64,000 bases of DNA, taken from the IMG/VR virus record IMGVR_UViG_3300025429_000011, positions 18,527 through 82,526 of that record. The stretch is one strand, 5' to 3'. Origin of the DNA: a virus. Taxonomy: Duplodnaviria; Heunggongvirae; Uroviricota; Caudoviricetes. The position numbers and the translations under genes are program-made. Under the pieces are notes generated by a model. That model was given only the letters and a program-made list of their open reading frames with translations, was not told where the DNA came from and searched no databases. This document shows positions 10,201 through 18,392 of the stretch, one piece after another (positions within the stretch are counted from its first letter, which is position 1; every line of letters begins with the position of its first letter).

Positions 10201-10858
10201 TATAGGTTATACAGGCTCAAAAGGTGATAATGGCGTTATTGGATATAACGGTTCTATAGGATATACAGGTTCTACTGGATTTGTTGGATCTTCTGGAGCA
10301 TCAGTTTATCAAGGCTATACTGGATCTACTGGTTATCAGGGTTCTAAAGGTGAAAGTTCTTATATTACCTCTGATACTGCACCTTCTAGTCCTTTAGTTG
10401 GAGATAGATGGTATAATACTACAGCTGGTATTGAACTAGTATGGACTTATGATGGTAATTCTTATCAGTGGGTAGAATTAGCTGCAAGCGGTTTCTTAGG
10501 TATGACCGGATATTCTGGTTCAATAGGAACTATAGGGTATACAGGTTCAGCTGCACAATCATTAATAAATTCAACTCAAAGTTCAATTTATGTTTTACAA
10601 TCTTCGGATGATGGTAAATTAATTAATACATCTTATAGCGTTACTATACCTTCAAATGTATTTACAGCAGGTCAGACAATTACAATATATAACAGTAGCC
10701 AAACTAACGGTATTACAGTTACTCAAGGAAGCGGCACAACCGTATATTTGGTTAATACTACTTCTGTTGGAGACAGAACAGTAGGAGTAAATGGTATTGC
10801 AGTTATAATATGCGTGGATAATAATACTTTTGTTATTTCTGGTGGTGGTGTATCTTAA
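4235..10858 (+). CDS. Giant (2207 aa) collagen-like tail-fibre or whisker-like structural protein. It has many G-X-Y runs (GYTGSIGYTGS..) interspersed with repeated beta-rich modules.
   Basis: Continuous ORF with collagen triplet periodicity. Six copies of an ILVSVNGLLQVPxxDYTVSG..EIIYF module sit in the N-terminal third. Three near-identical ~95-aa modules (NPSAPVRQNFNGDG..) follow in the middle. Confidence 0.85.
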   Translation: MSSDILNQHLIGNGSNTQFTLLEAVANTSSILVTINGLVSDPDRDYTVSDNLLLFNTAPYSTSDIEIRYLPVVPVGYTGSAGEPAGYTGSAGPVGAPSDIQTIVATGSSYYTLTSTPNSSKNILVSVNGLLQVPEADYTVSGSTINFNTIPVELSDIEIIYFGNVVGYRGSAGFQGSVGFTGSIGYSGNDGYTGSIGYTGSIGGAGPAGYTGSGGVAAPSGFQTFLTDNRTSYPIDRVVASSKDILVSVNGLIQVPDADYIVVGSNINFITKPSNNSDVEILYFDVAGFIGSTGYLGSTGFKGSSGDNGLPGFVGSQGYTGSSGFVGSMGYVGSGGVAAPSEIQTIVADGSSTYTLTRYVVDPKHIFVIVNGLIQIADRDYTAAATTLTFYNPPNNTSEIEIIYFEEALGYRGSVGYAGSAGTPGGSTGYTGSRGTDGSFGYTGSTGYVGSAGVGAPSSYQILYANGSNTVFTLTSSVDAAKNILVSVNGLLQIPDTDYTVSGTTILFTNPPSDTSHIEVLYFDVSGYRGSTGYMGSKGDPGGDTGYTGSIGPKGDIGPLGYTGSVGFGYTGSAGPVGAPTNYQTIVTTFNQSTYSLNQDVAQAVSIIVTINGLVQVPDQDYTLPTSNTITFTNTPNPNSDVEILYFSASGFTGSRGAVGYLGSVGYQGTVGFSGSAGITGYMGSAGSGFTGSIGYSGSTGFAGSRGSLGYTGSIGIGYTGSVGSGYTGSTGAGYTGSIGSLGYTGSQGFQGLTGYRGSTGSTGFVGSIGLTGSIGYTGSTGAGFVGSRGFVGSIGSLGYTGSIGFTGSIGYSGSRGDIGFSGSIGSLGYTGSIGIGYTGSTGAPGGITYNYRFINTPVVTPAFTQQGYAVFSATSNAIYVTSADLAGANTAYFIEYALKSVNNSIKGFVTLSRASTPYDVTIYSTNTAIYFPYPAVPAFHKIYLSYLSGNTTPYLDNEIINISFTLTGSQGPKGDKGDIGYTGSAGPAGPSGAFAGMGYTGSIGSLGYSGSIGYTGSIGIQGSIGPQGYTGSVANPSAPVRQNFNGDGVTNTYSIDIGQNVNGYTPYQLDVYINGVKLFNGIDVDVSSGNTIHFITPPRKDDNIEVVGSYIFSTNPDSAALFGPRGYTGSAGPPNGYQGSLGETGYVGSRGYTGSTPNPSAPVRQNFNGDGTTNTYYIDIGQNVNGYTPYQLDVYVNGVKLFNGIDVDVSSGNSIHFITPPRINDNIEIVGSYIFSTNPDSAALFGPRGYTGSQGPPNGYQGSIGDIGYTGSRGDTGFSGSAGTIGYSGSGVSFRSYYNNTTNYYINDLVEEDGATYIAIAPSIGEDPKTSNTYWQLFASKGYQGSRGYTGSTPNPSSPVRQNFNGDGVSRTYYIDIGQNVNGYTPYELDVFVNGIKLFNGLDVDVSSGNAIHFVIPPRINDNIEVVGSYIFSTNPDQNALFGPRGYTGSAGLNGAGNSFTKIVVSGQPDLVALEADTLQIVAGDNIVISTNNINSPKTLTISTSLPSGASGYTGSQGITGYIGSIGITGYTGSRGSDGVIGYSGSIGFTGSKGSDGTIGYTGSQGNIGNTGDTGYTGSSGIDGAVGYNGSIGFTGSKGSDGTIGYTGSTGPVAGYDTQIIFNDGSYANGSYGLTYNKSTQTLNIGNNLYVGGNIYITGNTTTFAANNLEIVDNMIYLNSNSEYSNPDIGFAANYNDGEYHHTGFFRDHATGIWKVFENYKPEPQASQFIDQSNNTFRIADFQANTIFANSIYANGSYGSFGQVLISNGSGIFWSTSALGFNGSTGYQGSLGDTGYKGSIGYQGSVGNQGIFGYQGSSGYQGSVGYQGTVGFQGSAGATADAGYQGSAGYQGSVGFQGSYGYQGTVGFQGSIGAVGYQGSASVGYNGSTGFNGSIGNRGPIGYTGSKGQGFNWRGAWDGTHNDFGDYQVYLPYDVVQYDLNTYVCIVLCYGDSGTPAARTDLWQIFAEGVVGYVGSKGQDGVLGYNGSIGYTGSKGDNGVIGYNGSIGYTGSTGFVGSSGASVYQGYTGSTGYQGSKGESSYITSDTAPSSPLVGDRWYNTTAGIELVWTYDGNSYQWVELAASGFLGMTGYSGSIGTIGYTGSAAQSLINSTQSSIYVLQSSDDGKLINTSYSVTIPSNVFTAGQTITIYNSSQTNGITVTQGSGTTVYLVNTTSVGDRTVGVNGIAVIICVDNNTFVISGGGVS
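4300..6200 (+). repeat. Six diverged copies of a ~40-aa module (I[LI]V[ST][IV]NGL[LIV]Q[VI]PDxDYT..[ST][DE][IV]E[IV][IL]YF), alternating with collagen G-X-Y stretches, period ~350 nt.
   Basis: Read directly in the protein translation at residues ~30, 120, 250, 365, 480 and 590. Confidence 0.7.
7327..8575 (+). repeat. Three tandem near-identical ~95-aa domain repeats (NPSAPVRQNFNGDGVTNTYSIDIGQNVNGYTPYQLDVYINGVKLFNGIDVDVSSGN.IHFITPPR..NIEVVGSYIFSTNPDSAALFGPRGYTGS).
   Basis: Copies begin at about nt 7331, 7715 and 8282. They are ~85-90% aa identical, with many synonymous nucleotide differences. Confidence 0.8.
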
Positions 10859-11622
10859 TGAGTATTTTTAATGCTATAACTTCTATACCCTATCAAGCTG
10901 CATATTTGCCAGCTGGAGTTTCATACGGAAGCGCGCTTCTTAACAATCTATATGTTGGTAATTCAGATAGAAGTTTAGGATCAGGGTATCTTTATACTTC
11001 CCGTACAGGTGGATTTATTACTTCCGGCTCACTAAATGATTTTACTATAGAAGCATGGATATATCCTAAGTGGTTTAGTTATTCTGGTGGATATTATAAT
11101 ATGGTTATTATGAGTACCCACACTGGAAGTGGAAATCCAGGATGGGAATTTAAATTACAAGGTCCTTCTGCATCTAGATGGACTTCTTTAACTTTACGTA
11201 ATCAAAGAATTTCAACAGATTATCAATTTCCTATAAATTTAGGAGGAAGTGATCTTAACAAATGGTATCATGTTGCCATAGTATATACTTCATCTAATCA
11301 TAGTTTAATTGGTTATTTAAATGGGAATGTATTATCATCTATATCTCCAGCTTATTTTTCAGATAATAATATTCTTCATGTTGGATTTAATTATACATAC
11401 TTCCCTTATTGGTTTAAGGGAAACCTTACTAATTTAAGAATATCTAAAACTGCAAGATATACTAATTATTTTACACCATCTGTAGCACACAATATAGCAG
11501 ATAGTAATGATACATTTATAATGAATATGCCAACAAGTAATTTTTTACAAGAAGATACCGGACTAACTATTTTATATTCAGGTGATCCTAGTGTAGTTTC
11601 ACAAGATAATAATCACCCTTAA
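10858..11622 (+). CDS. LamG / concanavalin-A-like lectin domain protein (structural accessory).
   Basis: DFTIEAWIYPKW...WYHVAIVYTSSNHSLIGYLNGNV matches the pentraxin/LamG_3 pattern (FT[IV]xAW..., W.HVA.VY, ..LY.NG). Confidence 0.5.
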   Translation: MSIFNAITSIPYQAAYLPAGVSYGSALLNNLYVGNSDRSLGSGYLYTSRTGGFITSGSLNDFTIEAWIYPKWFSYSGGYYNMVIMSTHTGSGNPGWEFKLQGPSASRWTSLTLRNQRISTDYQFPINLGGSDLNKWYHVAIVYTSSNHSLIGYLNGNVLSSISPAYFSDNNILHVGFNYTYFPYWFKGNLTNLRISKTARYTNYFTPSVAHNIADSNDTFIMNMPTSNFLQEDTGLTILYSGDPSVVSQDNNHP

Positions 11623-11628
11623 TAAATA
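11621..11628 (+). promoter_or_regulatory. Late promoter variant AATAAATA (within cttaataaatattata) upstream of the 11656 fibre gene.
   Basis: The same extended motif cttaataaatattata recurs upstream of gp13 at 22991-23007. Confidence 0.35.
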
Positions 11629-11655
11629 TTATATAACATTAACCTATGAATAAAA

Positions 11656-13683
11656 ATGACAATTATTGATTTTCCTAATAGCCCAGCAGATGGTGATATC
11701 TATACATTTGGAAATAAATCCTGGCAATGGAATGCGTCAGGAAACTATTGGTTTGCAATATCAAAAACAATAGGCTATTCAGGCTCGATAGGGTATACCG
11801 GATCTTCTGGTGCATCTGTATACATGGGATATACCGGGTCACAAGGATATTATGGTTCTACCGGGTTTCAAGGCTCTTTAGGCTATGATGGTTCTATTGG
11901 ATATACAGGATCTATAGGTTATACAGGTTCAACTGGATTTCAAGGATCAGCTGGGTTTGTAGGATCTCAAGGAACAAGTGGTGTTATAGGATATATTGGC
12001 TCTTCTGGTTTTACTGGTTCTACCGGGTTTAATGGTTCAGTAGGGTTTATAGGTTCTATAGGTTATTCTGGATCCATAGGTTACAACGGTTCTTTTGGTT
12101 TTACTGGTTCTACCGGGTTTAATGGGTCGGTAGGATTTACTGGATCACTAGGTTATACAGGATCTTTAGGTTACAGCGGTTCTATTGGGTATACTGGTTC
12201 TACAGGGTTTAATGGGTCGATAGGTTTTACAGGATCATTAGGTTTTACAGGATCATTAGGTTATAACGGTTCTACTGGATTTCAAGGGTCGTCAGGATTT
12301 AATGGATCTATAGGTTTTAACGGATCTATTGGATATACAGGTTCAATAGGGTATATAGGATCAGCTGGTTTTCAAGGGTCAACTGGTTTTCAAGGATCAG
12401 TAGGATTTATAGGGTCATTAGGATTTACTGGATCCCAAGGTGTTAACGGTGTAATAGGCTATAATGGATCGGTAGGATTTACAGGGTCAATTGGATATAC
12501 AGGGTCTGCTTCTACTACACCGGGATATAATGGTTCTTTTGGGTATACTGGTTCGCAAGGTGCAAACAGTTTATACACACAATCTAATACTGCTCCTCTA
12601 TATCCTAATCCAGGTGATAGATGGTTTAATACTGATATTGGAATTGAGTTAGTATACACAACAGATGCTAACGGTTCACAGTGGGTAGAAATTGCATCTA
12701 GCGGATTTTTAGGTCAAACTGGTTATAATGGGTCTCAAGGTGTTATCGGGTATACTGGATCACAAGGCATTCAAGGCATTATAGGTTATTCTGGTTCAGT
12801 AGGATTTAACGGATCTATTGGATTTACAGGTTCAACAGGATTTACGGGCTCTACTGGTTTTAACGGATCGATTGGATTTGTAGGATCTATAGGTTTTACA
12901 GGTTCTATTGGTACAGGGTATGTAGGTTCTAAAGGGTTTAATGGTTCAATAGGTGCAACAGGTTATGTTGGATCTACAGGATCAACACCTACTATAACTT
13001 ATACTTCACCTACTATGAACGTGTTTACATCTGGTTCTGGAACATATACAACACCAGGAAGTGTTGTGTGGATACGCGTACGAATGATAGGCGGTGGCGG
13101 TGGCGGTGGTGGTGGTGGCACTAATAATTCAACCACATATAATTCAGTATATGCAGGAGCAAACGGAACTGCAACAACGTTTGGTGGTACTTTACTAGTA
13201 TGTAATCCTGGTCAAGGTGGTTTTGGTGCATATGATCTGCAATATGGTTTTGGAGGTACTGCTTCTATTGGTGATACTTCAAAAGCATTTGGTATTGCAT
13301 TAAACGGTGCATCTGGAGAACCAGGTTGGTCATCATCTCCTTCTACTTATGTTTCTGGTGGTTCTGGTGGTGCATCACCTTTTGGAGGTGCAGGGGCAAG
13401 AGGTTCTGGTGGTACAACCCCGGATGCAGTTTCAATTGCTGCGTCACCAAATACAGGAAGCGGCGGCGGAGGTGGTGGCAGCACTAACGCTACTAACGCA
13501 AGAGGCGGCGGCGGTGGAGGCGCTGGAGGTTACATAGATGTTATAATAAGAATTCCAGATGCAACGTATTCATATGTAGTAGGTACTGGCGGAAGAGGTG
13601 GAGCTAACGGTACATCACAGTCTGGTTCAGGTAACACAGGTGCTTCTGGTATTATTATGATTGAAGAGCATTATGGTAGCTAA
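11656..13683 (+). CDS. Collagen-like fibre protein with a conserved N-terminal module and a C-terminal glycine-rich domain (GGGGGGGGGG tracts).
   Basis: The N-terminus is DFPNSPADGDIYTFGNKSWQWNASGNYW. G-X-Y repeats are (GYTGS/GFNGS)n. The C-terminus is FTSGSGTYTTPGSVVWIRVRMIGGGGGGGGGG...GASGIIMIEEHYGS. Confidence 0.8.
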   Translation: MTIIDFPNSPADGDIYTFGNKSWQWNASGNYWFAISKTIGYSGSIGYTGSSGASVYMGYTGSQGYYGSTGFQGSLGYDGSIGYTGSIGYTGSTGFQGSAGFVGSQGTSGVIGYIGSSGFTGSTGFNGSVGFIGSIGYSGSIGYNGSFGFTGSTGFNGSVGFTGSLGYTGSLGYSGSIGYTGSTGFNGSIGFTGSLGFTGSLGYNGSTGFQGSSGFNGSIGFNGSIGYTGSIGYIGSAGFQGSTGFQGSVGFIGSLGFTGSQGVNGVIGYNGSVGFTGSIGYTGSASTTPGYNGSFGYTGSQGANSLYTQSNTAPLYPNPGDRWFNTDIGIELVYTTDANGSQWVEIASSGFLGQTGYNGSQGVIGYTGSQGIQGIIGYSGSVGFNGSIGFTGSTGFTGSTGFNGSIGFVGSIGFTGSIGTGYVGSKGFNGSIGATGYVGSTGSTPTITYTSPTMNVFTSGSGTYTTPGSVVWIRVRMIGGGGGGGGGGTNNSTTYNSVYAGANGTATTFGGTLLVCNPGQGGFGAYDLQYGFGGTASIGDTSKAFGIALNGASGEPGWSSSPSTYVSGGSGGASPFGGAGARGSGGTTPDAVSIAASPNTGSGGGGGGSTNATNARGGGGGGAGGYIDVIIRIPDATYSYVVGTGGRGGANGTSQSGSGNTGASGIIMIEEHYGS

Positions 13684-13703
13684 TAAAAAGGTTTTTATTT
13701 TTA

Positions 13704-14318
13704 ATGAGTATTAATTTTCCTGCTAACCCAACACCTAATCAAGTATACACACTAGGTAGTAAAACTTGGACTTGGAATGCAGTATATGGTTACTGGCAGG
13801 CAACATCTACAACCATTGGGTATACCGGTTCACAAGGTAACCAAGGTTACTTAGGTTATACTGGTTCAACTGGGTTTCAAGGATCAGTTGGATACCAAGG
13901 ATCAACTGGGTATCAAGGATCTGTAGGTTTTCAAGGATCTGCTGGGTTTCAAGGATCTGCTGGGTTTCAAGGATCTGCTGGGTTTCAAGGGTCAGCAGGA
14001 TTTAATGGATCTTTCGGTTATACAGGATCTCTTGGTTATGCTGGATCTATAGGTCTTGCAAATGCTGTAGTTAGTGATACTGCTCCAGGTACTCCTGCTA
14101 CTGGCCAATTATGGCTAGACTCTTCTACTGGTCTGCTAAATATATGGTATTCTCCTTCTAATGTGTGGCTTTCGGTAACATCAGTAGGCATTCAAGGACA
14201 GACCGGTTATGCTGGTTCTGTGGGAAATCCTGGACCTGCAGGAGGAGCTACTGGTTATCAAGGGTCAGCTGGCTCTCTAAGTGCAGCTATAGGTATATCA
14301 ATTATTTTTGGAATTTAA
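13704..14318 (+). CDS. Short collagen-like fibre protein (paralogous N-terminal module NFPANPTPNQVYTLGSKTWTWNAVYGYW).
   Basis: 204-aa ORF with G-X-Y runs (GFQGSAGFQGSAGFQGS). Confidence 0.7.
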   Translation: MSINFPANPTPNQVYTLGSKTWTWNAVYGYWQATSTTIGYTGSQGNQGYLGYTGSTGFQGSVGYQGSTGYQGSVGFQGSAGFQGSAGFQGSAGFQGSAGFNGSFGYTGSLGYAGSIGLANAVVSDTAPGTPATGQLWLDSSTGLLNIWYSPSNVWLSVTSVGIQGQTGYAGSVGNPGPAGGATGYQGSAGSLSAAIGISIIFGI

Positions 14319-14329
14319 GAGAATAGCAA

Positions 14330-14683
14330 ATGGCAAACCCAAATATTTTAGCTTTATCTTCTGTAACTGGTAAATCTAATACTGCTCAGATAACTACTGG
14401 TGGTGTTACTATACTATCAGGATCAGCCGGTACTGTTCTTAAAGTAAATACATTAATGATCGGTAATATGGACGGTGTTACTGCATATGGTGTTACTATG
14501 AACTACAATAACGGTATCACTAGTGTTACAGTAGCTAACAATATATCTGTTCCTGCACAATCTACTCTTACTATCATAGATAAAACTGCCACATTTTATA
14601 TGGAAGAAAATCATACTATAGTTTTATATGCATCGCAAAATAATAAATTAAATAGTATTATTAGTTATGAGATAATGTCCTAA
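14330..14683 (+). CDS. Hypothetical structural-module protein.
   Basis: 117-aa ORF tightly packed between fibre genes. ATGA overlap with the next gene. Confidence 0.45.
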   Translation: MANPNILALSSVTGKSNTAQITTGGVTILSGSAGTVLKVNTLMIGNMDGVTAYGVTMNYNNGITSVTVANNISVPAQSTLTIIDKTATFYMEENHTIVLYASQNNKLNSIISYEIMS

Positions 14684-15864
14684 TGATTATTAACGGCGGT
14701 GTAAAAGGTATTTACAATATTCCTTCTACGGCCAGCGCGTCTGGAGTATGGTCAAGATTTGATCAAAATATAAACAAATCTTTAGGAAGATGGCCTATTG
14801 CAGCAGGAAATACAGCATCTCCTGTTATTGCATCTACAATTAGTGTATCCCCTTATGTTAAAGTAATTAATTTTTTTCCAGGCTCTGGTTTTGGTACAAC
14901 GTTTTCTAATCCTGGAACATTACCTAGCGGACCGGGTAACGATATACAATTTTCTCCTGATAATAGCAGTATTGTATGGGTAGAGTTGAGCGGTGGTATA
15001 GTAAAAGTATTAAGTTGGGGTAGCACTGGTTTTGGTTCAACATTGTCTAATATAACTGTAGGCAGTACATATTATGCAAAAAGTGCTCAAATTAGTCCTT
15101 CAGGTAACTTTATTGCCATTAGATTTGTAACAAATCTTAGTGTAGGATATGTTAGTATATACAATTTTAATGCAACTACAGGAATAGGGTCTTTTCGATC
15201 ATCAGCAACTGTTGGAACAGATAATATTACCTCAAATGGATATGATTTTGTTAAATGGTCACCGTTAGAAGATTCTATTATTACAACTACCTATAATAGT
15301 CCGTCAAGTACTTTATATGGGTTTACTTTCAACTCTATTACAGGTGTAATAGGAACTGCTGTAGAATTAGAATTTGCAGCTAACTATGACTATTATAGAG
15401 GTTCTATTCATCCTTCAGGTAAAGCTTTAGCTATAGGTGGTTCTTTTTTAAGCTTACATCTTTTTTCTTATTCATCTTCTACAGCGTCTGCTGTTTCTGC
15501 AGGCTCTGTTGGTACAGGTGGATCTGCTGCAGTAGATGCAAGTTATTCTAAAGACGGGACATTCTTATTAGCTTCAACGCCAAGTAATATATATATTCAT
15601 TCTACTAATTCAGTTAACGGTGCTTATATATCTACTATAACCTCCTCTGCCACTGGATATACAACAGGTAGAAGTACAATATCATATAGTTCTTCTGACA
15701 TCTTATATGATTTATCAAACACTACATCATATGGAATAAGAGGTTACCCAGTAACTAGAACAGGCTCTGTACCTACAGGTATAGGTACATCTTATTCCGC
15801 TTCTTTTACTTCAGGATCTTCTGTAACTACATATTCAATAGTAACAAACAATTATAATTATTAA
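14683..15864 (+). CDS. Hypothetical Ser/Thr/Gly-rich structural protein.
   Basis: 393-aa ORF in the fibre module. Composition suggests a beta-rich structural protein. Confidence 0.5.
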   Translation: MIINGGVKGIYNIPSTASASGVWSRFDQNINKSLGRWPIAAGNTASPVIASTISVSPYVKVINFFPGSGFGTTFSNPGTLPSGPGNDIQFSPDNSSIVWVELSGGIVKVLSWGSTGFGSTLSNITVGSTYYAKSAQISPSGNFIAIRFVTNLSVGYVSIYNFNATTGIGSFRSSATVGTDNITSNGYDFVKWSPLEDSIITTTYNSPSSTLYGFTFNSITGVIGTAVELEFAANYDYYRGSIHPSGKALAIGGSFLSLHLFSYSSSTASAVSAGSVGTGGSAAVDASYSKDGTFLLASTPSNIYIHSTNSVNGAYISTITSSATGYTTGRSTISYSSSDILYDLSNTTSYGIRGYPVTRTGSVPTGIGTSYSASFTSGSSVTTYSIVTNNYNY

Positions 15865-15877
15865 AAGGAGTTTTATT

Positions 15878-16240
15878 ATGGATTTTTTTACTATTACAGA
15901 TGCGGATAAAAAACTAACAATTGCAAGAAATATTGTTATGAGAGAACAAGAAATACATGCATACGAATTAAATGTAATAAATTATCAAGTAATTTTAGAT
16001 TCTCTTCCAAAAGATGAATGGCCAGCAGTTATTAGTGCATATAAAGAAACACCTATTCAAAACGTTCCTTCAGATTATCATGATCTAGTAAATGACTATC
16101 AATTTAGAGAGCGTGTTAGACATCTTATAGCAACAGAAAAGCATGAAATGAATAAATCAGTGAAAGTATATCAAGCTTTGTTAACACAGATACCAGCAGA
16201 AGAATTGCCAGATCTATTAAAAGCAGCACAACAAGTTTAA
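15878..16240 (+). CDS. Hypothetical small protein.
   Basis: 120-aa ORF with an upstream AGGAG-like RBS (aaaaggagtttt). Confidence 0.45.
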   Translation: MDFFTITDADKKLTIARNIVMREQEIHAYELNVINYQVILDSLPKDEWPAVISAYKETPIQNVPSDYHDLVNDYQFRERVRHLIATEKHEMNKSVKVYQALLTQIPAEELPDLLKAAQQV

Positions 16241-16246
16241 TAAAAA

Positions 16247-18391
16247 ATGTCACTAAGTTTTCCTAGTAGCCCTAGTATCGGTAATTTATATTTTTCTGGT
16301 GGTAACACCTGGAAATGGACTGGTACCACATGGGTTATAGTAGGTAGTTCTGGCTTTCAAGGATCTATAGGGTTTCAAGGTTCTTCTGGTGCTATCGTAG
16401 CACCAGGCAGCACATCACAAGTATTATATAATGATGGTGTTTATGCTAATGCATCAGCTGGGTTAACATTTAGTAAAACTAGTAACAATTTATTTGTTGG
16501 TAATACTTTAATTGCAAATTCTATATCTGCTAACGGATATATTGGTTCAGCAGGCCAACTTTTATATTCTAATTCTTCCGGTGGAATATATTGGGCAAAT
16601 GCTGCAGGCGGGTTTGCAAATGGTCAATCTATTGCAGTAAACGTTTTGACAGTTAATAGTTCATTAACTGCAAACGGTATAACAATTCACAATGCTAATT
16701 TAGTCGCAAATAGTATTACTATTCATAATGCTAACGTAATATTTTCTACAACATTACCTTTAACATCACCTGCTGGTATTATAGCAAACGGCTCTATTGG
16801 TACAGCATTTCAAACTCTATTATCTAACGGCACGGGGTTATATTGGGATAGTAATACCTATGTCTCTAACTCTTATTTTTCTACTAGTGGTGTAGGAGTA
16901 TCTAATTCTTATGCATCAGCTACATATGTTACCAATAATACAATTAATTCCGCCAACATAATTTTAGGTGTTGCAAATGTTACTTTTAATAGTAATGTAG
17001 TACATAATGCTAACATAACAATTAATGCTGTTTCTGCATATACGACATTTGCATCAAAAAATTATGTGTTTAATGCAAATACTATGGCTATTTTAACAAA
17101 TAATTTTAGCACATATGCAACAACATTAAGTTCATCACAATATGTTAATATCGGTACTGGAACAACCTCAGTTTATGCTGGTAATGGTTATGGCTTTACT
17201 TCAGAATTTTTTGTTAAATTTAATACTCTTTCAACAACTTCAACATTGACACCTATGTGGTTTGATAATACAGGTGGTGGAGGTCGTCCAAATCAATATG
17301 CATTATTTGCTAATACTACTACGTTATCAGCTTCTCAAATTGGATACGGTACAATATTTACATTAACAGGATTAACAATTGCAACTGGTGTGTGGTATCA
17401 TATGGCCTGGATAGGCTTTAATAATAACATGTATTTTGCAATTAATGGTACTGTTTATGATTTAAATACAGTTCCATCTAATGGAAATTTTGCAACCGGG
17501 TATCCGTACAATTGGGGTGGTATATATAATCTTTCAAATGCTACCTATTCAAACATAAGAGTTGTTGCAAACAATAATATTTACTCCATACATGGGTTTA
17601 TTCCTCCAAACGCACCATTAAATGCACCCCCAGGCACATCCTTGTTAAATTTTCAATCTAGTACTTTTGCTGATTCTATTACAGGTACTTTATTATCTAC
17701 TACTGGAACACCCACTTTATCAACAACGACTATAAACTTATATCCCACAGCTAATAACAATTTAGTAAGTGGTACTATTAATAATGGAAATGCTATATTT
17801 CAATCTGTAACAACAAACTATATTCAAACACCTACATTGTATGTGTATGGAGCTAATGGTGCTGCTTCTACTTTATATGTTTCTAATGGTGTTTTATTAA
17901 TAGGAAATACATCTGTTAACTCAGTTCATAATAGTAAATCATTATCCATTTATGATTCAATTGCAGTAAGCAATCTTACTATTAATTCTACTTCTATTGC
18001 TATATCAAATAGTACAATAACTAATGCTAAAATTTCTCCAGTTCAGACACTTACTGTTGCCTTGTCTGATGAATCAACTCAAATAACACAAGGTATTAAA
18101 ATTGTAACAAGAGCTCCTTATGCCATGACATTAGTACCTCCCTATGCAAGAATATCTTTATCAATAACAGGTACAACAACAACATCCGTAGATATTACAT
18201 CTGGCGGATCTTCTATATTTTCGGCAACCCCATCATTAGCATCTGGTGTAATTTCTAATACAGGACCTGCATCTATGTCAGCAACAGGATTAGCCACTAT
18301 TGCAGATGATACACAATTACAATTTAGTGTGTCTGCTAACGGCGCTGGTGCTAGCGGGTTAAAAGCAACACTATATTATGTAAAGATCTAA
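16247..18391 (+). CDS. Fibre-like structural protein with the paralogous N-terminal module (SFPSSPSIGNLYFSGGNTWKWTGTTW) and a short G-X-Y stretch.
   Basis: 714-aa ORF, Asn/Ser/Thr-rich and beta-rich. Confidence 0.7.
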   Translation: MSLSFPSSPSIGNLYFSGGNTWKWTGTTWVIVGSSGFQGSIGFQGSSGAIVAPGSTSQVLYNDGVYANASAGLTFSKTSNNLFVGNTLIANSISANGYIGSAGQLLYSNSSGGIYWANAAGGFANGQSIAVNVLTVNSSLTANGITIHNANLVANSITIHNANVIFSTTLPLTSPAGIIANGSIGTAFQTLLSNGTGLYWDSNTYVSNSYFSTSGVGVSNSYASATYVTNNTINSANIILGVANVTFNSNVVHNANITINAVSAYTTFASKNYVFNANTMAILTNNFSTYATTLSSSQYVNIGTGTTSVYAGNGYGFTSEFFVKFNTLSTTSTLTPMWFDNTGGGGRPNQYALFANTTTLSASQIGYGTIFTLTGLTIATGVWYHMAWIGFNNNMYFAINGTVYDLNTVPSNGNFATGYPYNWGGIYNLSNATYSNIRVVANNNIYSIHGFIPPNAPLNAPPGTSLLNFQSSTFADSITGTLLSTTGTPTLSTTTINLYPTANNNLVSGTINNGNAIFQSVTTNYIQTPTLYVYGANGAASTLYVSNGVLLIGNTSVNSVHNSKSLSIYDSIAVSNLTINSTSIAISNSTITNAKISPVQTLTVALSDESTQITQGIKIVTRAPYAMTLVPPYARISLSITGTTTTSVDITSGGSSIFSATPSLASGVISNTGPASMSATGLATIADDTQLQFSVSANGAGASGLKATLYYVKI

Positions 18392-18392
18392 T

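Noticed and set aside
13087-13120. GGN-rich tract (ggcggtggcggtggcggtggtggtggtggc) as a G-quadruplex or phase-variation site.
   Set aside because: It encodes the Gly10 run of the glycine-rich domain. It is a mixed GGC/GGT run, not a homopolymer, so there is no strong slippage signal.
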